A stretch of 64,000 nucleotides of DNA, from contig JBAZUT010000003.1 in assembly GCA_041661265.1 (NCBI GenBank), positions 15,191-79,190 on the forward strand, given 5' to 3'. Positions within the stretch are counted from its first letter, which is position 1. Every line of letters starts with the position of its first letter. A program made the translations under genes and the position numbers. The notes under the pieces were generated by a model, which worked only from the letters and a program-made list of their open reading frames with translations, was not told the DNA's origin and did not search any database. Positions 8,540-17,075 of the stretch are shown piece by piece. The stretch is from Minisyncoccota bacterium (GTDB lineage Bacteria; Patescibacteriota; Minisyncoccia; JAHIHE01; JAGLIN01).

Positions 8540-9355
8540 ATGGAAACTGCAGTAAGCAAATCTGTCTGGTTAAATGAACTTACCTGGCAGGACGTCGCGG
8601 AATATTTAAAACGGGACGATATTCTTATTATTCCGGTAGGTTCGACCGAACAGCATGGTCCAGCCGCTCCGCTGGGTCTTGATACATACGCCGCGATCGC
8701 ATTGGCCGATGATGCGGCCAAGAGAGCGAATGTCCTCTCTGCGCCGCCTTTGTGGTTCGGAGATTCATCTCATCATTCTAAATTTCCCGGCACAATATCC
8801 ATAAGGAGCGAAACATTGACTGAACTTATGAAAGATATTCTCAGGAACGTCATAAAAAATGGATTTAAGAAAGTGTTGATCATCAATGGCCACAAGAGCG
8901 CCAATCTGCCGGGCTTGATCAGCGCTGCGAAATATGTCCATGAGTATGATCATCCGAAAAGTTTTATTGCGGTGATCGATCCGATGAAGATCGCAAAAGG
9001 GATCGCAGCAAAAACTAAGGAAGAACCGGAGCATCATGCAGGGGAGCTGGAAACATCGCATCTTATGTATAAGTATCCGAATCTTATAGATAAGGAAAAG
9101 CTTTCCAAGAATAATATCGATGCGGAAAAGATTTTTTCCAAGTTTTTCAGTTTCGATCTGTTTGGCGGAGGAAAGGATGTCATAGATATCGTATGGAATT
9201 CCAGCGAGCAGCGCGAGTTCACGCCTTCGGGCGCATTTTCCGCTTCAAATAGGGCCTCTGCCGAAAAAGGAAAAGCGTATCATGATTACATGGTCGATAA
9301 TATCGTTGAATTTATTGGATGGCTTAGAAAGTATAATGGGCCTATCGGCAGATAG
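8540..9355 (+). CDS. creatininase-family amidohydrolase
   Basis: 'IIPVGSTEQHGP' and the 'LIINGHKS' fold signature. Confidence 0.65.
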   Translation: METAVSKSVWLNELTWQDVAEYLKRDDILIIPVGSTEQHGPAAPLGLDTYAAIALADDAAKRANVLSAPPLWFGDSSHHSKFPGTISIRSETLTELMKDILRNVIKNGFKKVLIINGHKSANLPGLISAAKYVHEYDHPKSFIAVIDPMKIAKGIAAKTKEEPEHHAGELETSHLMYKYPNLIDKEKLSKNNIDAEKIFSKFFSFDLFGGGKDVIDIVWNSSEQREFTPSGAFSASNRASAEKGKAYHDYMVDNIVEFIGWLRKYNGPIGR

Positions 9356-9388
9356 CAGTTTTATATGGATCAGGATTAATGAAACACA

Positions 9389-10330
9389 ATGAAATCAATA
9401 GAGATCGTACGAAAACTCGCGAGTCTTTCTCCGAGGCAGTTCGCCGGAGAGAAGCTAGCGAAAAATTATATAATCAAGATGCTCAAAGGGAATTCTGTGG
9501 ATTACAGTCTGCAGAACTTTGAAGTTGCCGTTCCGTCGTATGCGAAATATCATCTGAAGGCGGACGGGAAGAGCATAAAATGCATACCGACATCATTGGT
9601 CGGAGGAACGGTAGGGGAAGGATGCGATATAATAAGCTCATTGGATGCTTCATATGAAGGCGGTACATGCGGTAATATAAATTATAATCCTCATTCAGAC
9701 GGCATCTCACTGGCTAATTTCTATGATTCGCCGTCCTTTGCGGTTTCGAGGAGGGATGTGAAATTTATCAAAAATGCCGCAAAGATCGAGGGGCTGATAA
9801 AGATCAAAAAGCGAAAATATACATCATGCAATATTCTTGCGGGAAACAGGATCGATTCCAAAAATATATTTTTCGCCCACTACGACTGCTTTTTTGAAGG
9901 AGCGGTCGACAATGCCAGCGGCGTGGCAGTTTGTATGAGCTTGGTTAAAAATAATAAAAATATACTGAAAGATAATCTTATTGTTTTTTGCGGTGCGGAA
10001 GAGCTTTCGTACGATAGGCCTTTCTATTGGGGAAAGTGTTTCAGAGCTTTTGAGTCTAGGAACAGGAGGATAATGAAAAACGCAAAGAAGGTTATAATCG
10101 TAGATTGCGTCGGAACGGATAATGCCGAGGTTAGGAACGACGAGGAAGCGGTGTCTTTGTACTTTGCAAAGAAAAATAATGATAAAAAGAAGGTACTCGT
10201 GGTAACGTCGGTAGAAAGAAGACCTGAAAAATTTATGAGCGTGTATCATAGCAAGGCGGATCGTGCGAGCTGCGTTCGTGAGAAATATCTGCAGAACGCT
10301 TTCGAAAAATGTTTAAGCATAATCGAATAA
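9389..10330 (+). CDS. M28/M20-type zinc peptidase-like protein
   Basis: 'FFAHYDC', then 'GAVDNASGVA', then 'GAEELS' (HxD...D...EE metal-ligand pattern). Confidence 0.5.
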   Translation: MKSIEIVRKLASLSPRQFAGEKLAKNYIIKMLKGNSVDYSLQNFEVAVPSYAKYHLKADGKSIKCIPTSLVGGTVGEGCDIISSLDASYEGGTCGNINYNPHSDGISLANFYDSPSFAVSRRDVKFIKNAAKIEGLIKIKKRKYTSCNILAGNRIDSKNIFFAHYDCFFEGAVDNASGVAVCMSLVKNNKNILKDNLIVFCGAEELSYDRPFYWGKCFRAFESRNRRIMKNAKKVIIVDCVGTDNAEVRNDEEAVSLYFAKKNNDKKKVLVVTSVERRPEKFMSVYHSKADRASCVREKYLQNAFEKCLSIIE

Positions 10331-10331
10331 T

Positions 10332-11435
10332 ATGATCGGGGAACTGCAAAAATTGATAAGATTTAAGACGGTTGTCGGAAATCACAAAGAGAACGGCAAG
10401 GCTTTGAAGTGGGTCAGATCCGAATTAGCCGGTCTGGATGTCGATGTGAGGGAATTCGAGTCGGATGGATATCGATCGATCGTCATTACGACGCAAAAGA
10501 CTATGAAGCCTAAAGTTTTTCTGGCGGCTCACATGGATGTTGCCAAGGCATCAAATGATCTGTTTATTCCCAGGATATCCGGCGATAAATTGTTTGGACG
10601 AGGCGCATATGATATGAAATTCGCGATCGCTTGTTATTTGAGGTTATTGAAGGAGTTGAAGAAAGATCTTTTGAAATATGATCTGGGAATCATGATCACA
10701 TCAGATGAAGAGTGTGGAGGGAAGAACGGGGCCGGATATCTTCTTGGTAAAGGATACGGATGCGACGCTGTTGTGCTTCCCGATGGAAGCGAGAATTGGA
10801 AAATTGAAAAAGCTTCGAAAGGCGTGTGGTGTTTTGTCGTAAAAAGCTATGGAAAGTCGGCTCATCCGTCTATGCCGTGGAAAGGTATAAATGCGATCGA
10901 AGCATTGCTGGATTATTTCAGCGAGCTGCAGAAACCGTTCAAAACGGAACCGTGCGGAGATCCGCTGCATATCCATTCAACGATCGATATAAATGAATTC
11001 AATACGGGCCGTACGGGGGATAATCTTCCGGATTATGCGGAAGCAATGGCCGATATCTTCTTCATAAGCGGGAAAGAATATGAAAAGATCGTCAGAATGG
11101 AAAAAAGCATCAGAAAGAAATATTCCGGAATAAAGCTCATGACGACTATTTATAATCCGAGCGTAAGGATAAATATAAAAAACAGATTTGCGGATGAATT
11201 TTACCGGATCGCGCGGAATCTGTATGGCATAAGGAAAGAGGCGATGTTTACCCATGGAACATCCGACGCTCATTATTTTGTGGAAAAGAATATATCGGTT
11301 ATTGAAACGCGGCCAAAGGGCGGTGATTTTCATGGCGATGGAGAATGGATAGATCTTGTTGATCTGGAAAGGTTCTATCAGGTCCTGAAAGAATTTACGG
11401 TAAGAATGTCCGCGGTGGATAATGAGAAGATTTGA
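10332..11435 (+). CDS. M20 family peptidase (ArgE/DapE-like deacylase)
   Basis: 'AAHMDVA', 'GRGAYDMK', 'SDEECGG'. Confidence 0.65.
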   Translation: MIGELQKLIRFKTVVGNHKENGKALKWVRSELAGLDVDVREFESDGYRSIVITTQKTMKPKVFLAAHMDVAKASNDLFIPRISGDKLFGRGAYDMKFAIACYLRLLKELKKDLLKYDLGIMITSDEECGGKNGAGYLLGKGYGCDAVVLPDGSENWKIEKASKGVWCFVVKSYGKSAHPSMPWKGINAIEALLDYFSELQKPFKTEPCGDPLHIHSTIDINEFNTGRTGDNLPDYAEAMADIFFISGKEYEKIVRMEKSIRKKYSGIKLMTTIYNPSVRINIKNRFADEFYRIARNLYGIRKEAMFTHGTSDAHYFVEKNISVIETRPKGGDFHGDGEWIDLVDLERFYQVLKEFTVRMSAVDNEKI

Positions 11436-11487
11436 CAATATATTAAAATAGATATAAATTGACAATATAGAACTATATATATGAAAA

Positions 11488-11603
11488 TACATTCAATAAA
11501 CAGCTATTTCTTTTATTTTAGCCTTCCAATAAGATAGGTCGTTTTGTGATGAGGATAAAATAAAGAAAAAAGCAAAATGGCCTATCGGGGGCTGTTTTTT
11601 GTT
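11488..11603 (+). ncRNA. candidate small RNA, copy B of the paralogous family (about 115 nt)
   Basis: Two TTGACA -35 elements at 11432 and 11459. Core 'atttcttttattttagccttccaataagataggtcgttttgtgatgagg' is about 75% identical to copy D. The 3' hairpin is followed by T6 at 11595-11600. Confidence 0.5.
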
Positions 11604-11706
11604 ATGACATTGAAAACATATTATCGGTTTTAATACGGCATAAAACCGATAAAGTGGGTTCAAATGGACCTTGATAATCAAATAATACAAAAAAGGAGGA
11701 AAGAAG

Positions 11707-11988
11707 ATGATAGCGGGAAAGCCCAAAGATGAGATCGATGAGATGATCTATGCACTTCGCGAGATCTGCCCGGACGTCGGAATAATAAGAAAAAATGGAA
11801 AAATTATTATGACGGGAAATGGGATCATGCGCGTAAAAAAAACAGTGAAGATATTATCCGGAATAGAGAGGATCGAATCCATCAATAAATATGGCACACG
11901 GTGCATACTTGAGATGAAGGGCGACGAGGCGATCATAATGAATGTTGCCAGCAATGAACGAAGTGAGGAATTATGCGTTATAGCGTAA
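11707..11988 (+). CDS. hypothetical small protein (93 aa)
   Basis: Strong RBS AAGGAGG. First gene of a 4-gene small-protein cassette. Confidence 0.5.
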   Translation: MIAGKPKDEIDEMIYALREICPDVGIIRKNGKIIMTGNGIMRVKKTVKILSGIERIESINKYGTRCILEMKGDEAIIMNVASNERSEELCVIA

Positions 11989-12278
11989 TGGATATTGAAG
12001 ACGAAACATCTGAGCTGGTGGCCATGAAGAGGTCTGGAAGCGATGATTCGGCAGACATTCTCTGCTGGAGGATCGGCCAGATGCTGCCGGAAATCGCTAT
12101 CGGCCCAATGACAAGAAATGACAGGATAATGTCGGTGTTACAGAAAGTTGAAACGGCGATATGCTTCTTGTCGGACTCAAAAAACAAAAAAAATCTTGAG
12201 ATCGTGATCCGGAATAAAAAAGAAGAAATAAAAAAATCGGAGAGCCAAAGGGAAAATTTGGCTCTCCCCAACTTTTAA
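11973..12278 (+). CDS. hypothetical small protein (101 aa)
   Basis: Start overlaps the end of the upstream gene by 16 nt, which suggests translational coupling. Confidence 0.45.
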   Translation: MRYSVMDIEDETSELVAMKRSGSDDSADILCWRIGQMLPEIAIGPMTRNDRIMSVLQKVETAICFLSDSKNKKNLEIVIRNKKEEIKKSESQRENLALPNF

Positions 12279-12412
12279 TTTGATATGTTCAGCCATGGAC
12301 ACGGTTTTGCATCAGACGAAAGCTTTTAAAAAAGTTTCTGCCTGCGGCAAAAGCGGCTTGCGGGATAAGGCGATTGTCTTATTGAATTGAAAAAATAAAA
12401 GGAGGAAGAAAA

Positions 12413-12715
12413 TTGAAGGAAAAATGGAGCATAAGCGAAGAAGAAAAGATGATAATAGGTATGATAAGTGTTTATCGAAAGCGGATGAAGAAGTCAAAAA
12501 CGACCGCTAAAATGCTTTATTGCAGAGACCAGATGGATCGAAAAAAGGCTGAACTTGGCAGGCTGAGATCAAGGATCAGAGCGGCCGACTCGGAGAATGA
12601 GAACAGAAAAAGAAACAGGAATTATCCTCCGATGACGGATACGCCGGACCACTGTTCGACCTGCGACCAGAAGCTGAATGATACGTGGAATTGTCTCGGC
12701 TATCCCTCTGCATAA
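12413..12715 (+). CDS. hypothetical basic protein with Cys-rich C-terminus (100 aa, TTG start or internal ATG)
   Basis: RBS AGGAGG. Basic KRMKKSK stretch and C-terminal 'DHCSTCDQKLNDTWNC'. Confidence 0.4.
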   Translation: MKEKWSISEEEKMIIGMISVYRKRMKKSKTTAKMLYCRDQMDRKKAELGRLRSRIRAADSENENRKRNRNYPPMTDTPDHCSTCDQKLNDTWNCLGYPSA

Positions 12716-12746
12716 TGAATGTGACGATCGAAGAAGGTGAGTCAAA

Positions 12747-13091
12747 ATGGACAATATGGAATTAATGCCGCAATGGGCGAAAAATAGAGCTCCGTATTGG
12801 ATAAATGGCGATGAATGTCCCGCGTGCAACGGAGCGAACTATAAGATCGAGGTGATCGAGTGCAATGAATACCTGAAAACAGTCGAGATTCGCGCATTGT
12901 GCGGCGATTGTGGGCACCGGGAAAATAAATGTATATCGGAATGTTGGACGGAATGGGAGATCTGCCCCAGATGCAAAAAGAAAAGCGATGTAGCGGAAAA
13001 CAGTATTCCCGGAGGAGGGAATATCGTGCTGGCAGTGTCTTTCATATCCCGATGTTCCCATTGCGGATTTGAAGAATCATTCGGCTATTGA
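12747..13091 (+). CDS. zinc-ribbon-rich protein (114 aa, at least four CxxC pairs)
   Basis: CPACN, CGDCGH, CPRCKK and CSHCG motifs. RBS GAAGGTGAG. Confidence 0.5.
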   Translation: MDNMELMPQWAKNRAPYWINGDECPACNGANYKIEVIECNEYLKTVEIRALCGDCGHRENKCISECWTEWEICPRCKKKSDVAENSIPGGGNIVLAVSFISRCSHCGFEESFGY

Positions 13092-13555
13092 AAACAAAGA
13101 CGTGGTACAAAAGGCAGGCTTCAGGCTTGCCTTATTTATTATAACAAAAACCACCGGCGTTAGCCGGTGTGTGCGTTTAGAGCGATAGCTCTTGTGTAAC
13201 TGTAATATAGTAATTGCCATATTATCATTCTAGGTCGTGTCATCCTGAACTTGTTTCAGGATCTTCGTTACATTTCGTAAGAGTGATGTAGTAAAGCAAT
13301 AACGAAATAAAACGAGGATTCCGGATCCCTCCGGAGGCGGGCAGGCAAGTCCGGAATGACAAACAGGCAGATAATCGATTAAGACAGATCAGAAACTACA
13401 TAAAAAACCAAGATGTAAACAGAGTTGAATTAGCACAACAGACGTTATGGAAAAAACAGGCATAGCCTGCCAAGCAGATACCCTCGGCGTCAAGCCGGGG
13501 GTATGTTCATTATTTTCGACATTGACACATGCCTGCATTGTGCTATAATGGCAAA

Positions 13556-13683
13556 GTAAGCTCAAATATCATGAAATACGGTATAAATAACAATTTCTTC
13601 TTTTTTAGCTATAACTTCCTTAAAAGATAGGTTATTTTGTGATAATTCAGATGAAAATAGCCTGTCGAAGAGGCTGTTTTTTA
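13556..13683 (+). ncRNA. candidate small RNA, copy D of the paralogous family (about 128 nt)
   Basis: Consensus promoter TTGACA(13522-13527)-16-TATAAT(13544-13549). Core 'atttcttcttttttagctataacttccttaaaagataggttattttgtgataa'. Terminator agcct/aggct plus T6 at 13659-13682. Confidence 0.55.
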
Positions 13684-13854
13684 ATGATATAAAGAACCAT
13701 TCAGTTTTCCACGCGATGGAAGATTGAATGGTAAGTTAAATCTTGCCAATGTGCGCCTCGGTGGCTGAAAAGAGCGCCGGCATGAAACACCGGAATATGC
13801 GGATCAAAATTCCGCCCGAGGCAAAAAAATTAAAAAAATACAGGAGGAACCGAA

Positions 13855-14541
13855 TTGATACAAGGTTTGAAGATTTTCAATGACCCGGAAAAGCTTCCTC
13901 AGGGCCCTAACGAGCAAGGATTGGCATTGCGGTCGGAACTCGTAAAGAAAATAACATGTTTTGTTTTGGGTCCCATGGGAACCAATATGGAACAGGCCTG
14001 CGAGCAATGGATTCGGGAGATGGGAATCGAAAACAAAACAGAAATTGTTCTTTGTTCGACCCCGGAAGAGTCGATCGAAAAAGCAAGAAGTGTTACCAGT
14101 GAGGGGCATGTTGCAACATTTTGGACATGCGCAGTCTATAATTGCCTGTGCAATGTTTTTTTCCAAAACCCGGATACGCTCACGTTCTTTGCGGAGAAGG
14201 TGATGATGCTGGATGAAATGCAGCTTGCGACGCGGCGTGAAAAGATACATGAGATCAGAGACGGGATCCTTCCCGATTCGTGGATCATTGCATCGCACCC
14301 CTCTCCGGCGCCCCTGCTCAATGAAGTAAAGTGCAGCGTCAAGCTGACTACAAGCAATGCCAAGGCGGCAGAATTGTGCAGTGCGCTCGAGGCGGATGCG
14401 TGCATTACGACAGAAAGCGCAAGAAAGCTGAATGGACTCGAAACACTCCATGTTTTTGGAAGCCCGAAAATGGTTTTTTTTGCGGGGATCACGACTCACG
14501 GAGTGAGGGTTGTTTCAAAGGCATATAATGAGGCGAAATAA
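13855..14541 (+). CDS. prephenate dehydratase-like (PDT-fold) protein without ACT domain. Possibly a prephenate decarboxylase-like paralog. TTG start
   Basis: RBS AGGAGG. 'CFVLGPMGTNMEQA' is a PDT N-terminal motif and 'IASHPSPAPL' follows. The TRF-type motif is degenerate. Confidence 0.45.
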   Translation: MIQGLKIFNDPEKLPQGPNEQGLALRSELVKKITCFVLGPMGTNMEQACEQWIREMGIENKTEIVLCSTPEESIEKARSVTSEGHVATFWTCAVYNCLCNVFFQNPDTLTFFAEKVMMLDEMQLATRREKIHEIRDGILPDSWIIASHPSPAPLLNEVKCSVKLTTSNAKAAELCSALEADACITTESARKLNGLETLHVFGSPKMVFFAGITTHGVRVVSKAYNEAK

Positions 14542-14641
14542 CGCCTTATAAAAACAGGCATCGTGTGTTAGAATATAAACTATGAGCATGATGCCTTCAA
14601 TTTTATTTTAAACGACTTTATAATAATTTAAACAATATAAT

Positions 14642-16156
14642 ATGAAAATTGCTATTATCGGCGCGAACGGAGATATGGGAAAATTCCTGACCAGATTTCT
14701 GTCGCTACTGGGAGAGGTCAAGCCCATATCCAGGAATGTCTCGACTAAAGAAGACTGGCGCGAGGCATGGACTGCGGACGTGATCTGGCTTAGCATTCCG
14801 CGGGATGCGATCGATGGCCTGCTCGAGGGGAAGAAATTAGACAAGAGGCAGCTTATGGTCGATATCTGTTCGATCAAGAGAAATTTATCAGAGGTTATAA
14901 AGAAAACGGGAGCATCACATTTGTCTTTGCATCCTTTGCATGGTCCAAATATTCCCTTGAACGGTCAAAGATGGGCCGTCATAGACGGTTCAAGAAGGAG
15001 TGAACGGAATCAAAACGCCAAGAGAACTCTGGAGTTTCTGAAAGATCAGGGCATACAGCTTTTGGGCGCCAAATCCGAAGACTATCATGATTTTATGCTG
15101 GGATTAACTCTAAGTGTGCCGGAGCTGCTTACTGTCGTGATCGAGGAGCTGAAAAACGAATATATCAAAAATTGCAAAGAGATCAAGCCGACGAGGAGCG
15201 AGATGAATAAATGGTCTGTCCCGGCGTCCAATGCAATGTATGGGGCTTGTCATCATGTGATAAACAGCACGGCTTACTGGCTCAGGAAGGAGATTCTTTG
15301 TAATGCGCACAAGGACCTCTTGAAAAGCTCCAGGAAGGCTTTCTTAAGGCTTTCAAAATTAACCGATCAGGATATAAAGAAAAAATTCAAAGAACAGGAA
15401 AGAGATATAAAAACATTGTCGCCGGAAGAAAGGATCAAGATCAGATTGTGGATCGAGAATTGGTTCTCGGATGCGACGAAGTCCATATTTATGGAAAAGG
15501 ACTATTATAAGACAAAACCGGAGATCGCCATACAGTTCCAGGAGAACATTTCGGAAATATTTCCGGCTTCGACCGTGAAGCTTAGGGTCGGGATCCATGG
15601 CATAAAGGGGTGCTTTACGCATGAATCTATTCTTCGTTTTTGCGAAGAGGCCAAGGTCGATGAGACAAAACTGGATCTCAAGTTTCTTGTAACTGCCGAG
15701 AATGTTCTGCGCGAGCTGGATGAAGGCAAGATCGACAGGGGAATATTTGCGATGGCAAATTCCGGATCGGGGGCCTATGTTACAAGCATGGATCCCATGG
15801 GAAAATACACGTATAAGGTCATGGCTGTCTATGGGATGAAGATCATGCAGTGTCTTCTCTCGTATCCAAGCGAAAAAATAGAAAATATAAATGAAGTTTT
15901 CGGCCATCCGCAGGCCGTCAGCCAGTGCAAAAGAACCCTTGCAGAAAAATACCCATATCTGAAAATAACCTACGGAAAAGACGACGACGATACCGCTTTA
16001 TGCGCAAAGAGGATAGCGGAAGGCGAGCTTCCGAGAACGACAGCGACACTTGCGTCTCAGGTTGCGGCTAAGCTTTATAATTTGAACATATTGTCTTACA
16101 ATATGCACCATGATCCTTTCAATACGACAACTTTCTTGATTGTAAAAAAGCGGTAA
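14642..16156 (+). CDS. fused prephenate dehydrogenase (TyrA) and prephenate dehydratase (PDT) protein
   Basis: N-terminus 'MKIAIIGANGDMGKF' (NAD fold) with 'SLHPLHGP'. C-terminal PDT domain 'GIHGIKGCFTHE...FGHPQAVSQC...NTTTFLIV'. Confidence 0.7.
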   Translation: MKIAIIGANGDMGKFLTRFLSLLGEVKPISRNVSTKEDWREAWTADVIWLSIPRDAIDGLLEGKKLDKRQLMVDICSIKRNLSEVIKKTGASHLSLHPLHGPNIPLNGQRWAVIDGSRRSERNQNAKRTLEFLKDQGIQLLGAKSEDYHDFMLGLTLSVPELLTVVIEELKNEYIKNCKEIKPTRSEMNKWSVPASNAMYGACHHVINSTAYWLRKEILCNAHKDLLKSSRKAFLRLSKLTDQDIKKKFKEQERDIKTLSPEERIKIRLWIENWFSDATKSIFMEKDYYKTKPEIAIQFQENISEIFPASTVKLRVGIHGIKGCFTHESILRFCEEAKVDETKLDLKFLVTAENVLRELDEGKIDRGIFAMANSGSGAYVTSMDPMGKYTYKVMAVYGMKIMQCLLSYPSEKIENINEVFGHPQAVSQCKRTLAEKYPYLKITYGKDDDDTALCAKRIAEGELPRTTATLASQVAAKLYNLNILSYNMHHDPFNTTTFLIVKKR

Positions 16157-16188
16157 TAGAAGGCCTGTATTCATATTTGAGCATAATA

Positions 16189-16215
16189 AAAATAGCATTT
16201 AGAGATGCTATTTTT
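16189..16215. terminator. bidirectional terminator between convergent genes
   Basis: Perfect hairpin aaaatagcat/atgctatttt flanked by A and T runs. Confidence 0.55.
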
Positions 16216-16223
16216 ATATAGCA

Positions 16224-16790
16224 TTATTTTTCGACAGCGAGAAAACTCGTGAAATTGAATTTCAGGTCCTGAACGCCCTTTTCCATGATCATGAGCCCAA
16301 AAAGGGTGGCGCAGCTTTCGGGAGCAAGTATTGCAGTTTCATTGCCAAGCTTTCCTTCCGAAAGATCCCTTGCCGCCTTGGCCGTATCTTCCGTTTCTTT
16401 GAGATCTGCTTTTGACCATTGTTTTTTCAGATACATTTTGCATTGTTTCAGCGCCTGATCGTGAGACGCGATGCTTTTGATGTCATCCTTGGAAACGCCT
16501 TTTTTTGTCAGCAGGCAATGTATCACCGGGATCTCGAATATGTCCTTGATCTTGAAAATATATCTGCTCATTGCATATATGCTTTCGATAACTACTCCAC
16601 CATTCGAATTCTCGATTGGAAAAATGCCAAGGTCGATCTTCTTGTTCTCGAGCGAATTAAGGACTTTCTCGACCGAAATCAGATACACCAGTTCGTACTC
16701 GGTTATTTGATTCTTGCGGCAATATTCCACTGCGGCTTGCTCCGAAAAACTGCCTTCATCTCCCGAAATGCCGATCTTTATTTTTTCCAT
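16224..16790 (-). CDS. prephenate dehydratase (PDT domain only, 188 aa)
   Basis: 'IGISGDEGSFSEQAA', 'FPIENSNGGVV', 'SHDQALKQC', 'NFTSFLAV'. Confidence 0.7.
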   Translation of the reverse strand: MEKIKIGISGDEGSFSEQAAVEYCRKNQITEYELVYLISVEKVLNSLENKKIDLGIFPIENSNGGVVIESIYAMSRYIFKIKDIFEIPVIHCLLTKKGVSKDDIKSIASHDQALKQCKMYLKKQWSKADLKETEDTAKAARDLSEGKLGNETAILAPESCATLFGLMIMEKGVQDLKFNFTSFLAVEK

Positions 16791-17075
16791 ATATATTTAT
16801 CAAATTAATTATGCCTCAAACATATTATGAATATTATAAAAGGATAAAATAGGTCTTTAAAATAAGCATACTTATCCTTATGTTATTTTAACAAATATCC
16901 CTGATTCTGTTAATAAACCGCGGATAGTTACCAAAAATATATTTTCATGACATCATAATCGGCGAAAAAAGCCGAGATCGAAGCATTGATCGAAAAATTG
17001 AAGAGAATAAGAGAAGATGCAACGTCATAACAAAAAATCGTGAAATGATCACGACTTTTTTATGTATCTAAATAT

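Noticed and set aside
13092-13520. Possible RNase P RNA, or another known large structured RNA, in the 470-nt hairpin-rich non-coding stretch
   Set aside because: 'AAGTCCGGAAT' and 'GTAAGAGTG' resemble P4 and P10-12 motifs superficially. They occur in the wrong order, and the complementary P4 3' strand (ACAGAA-CCGGCTTA-like) is absent. It is kept only as an unclassified structured region.
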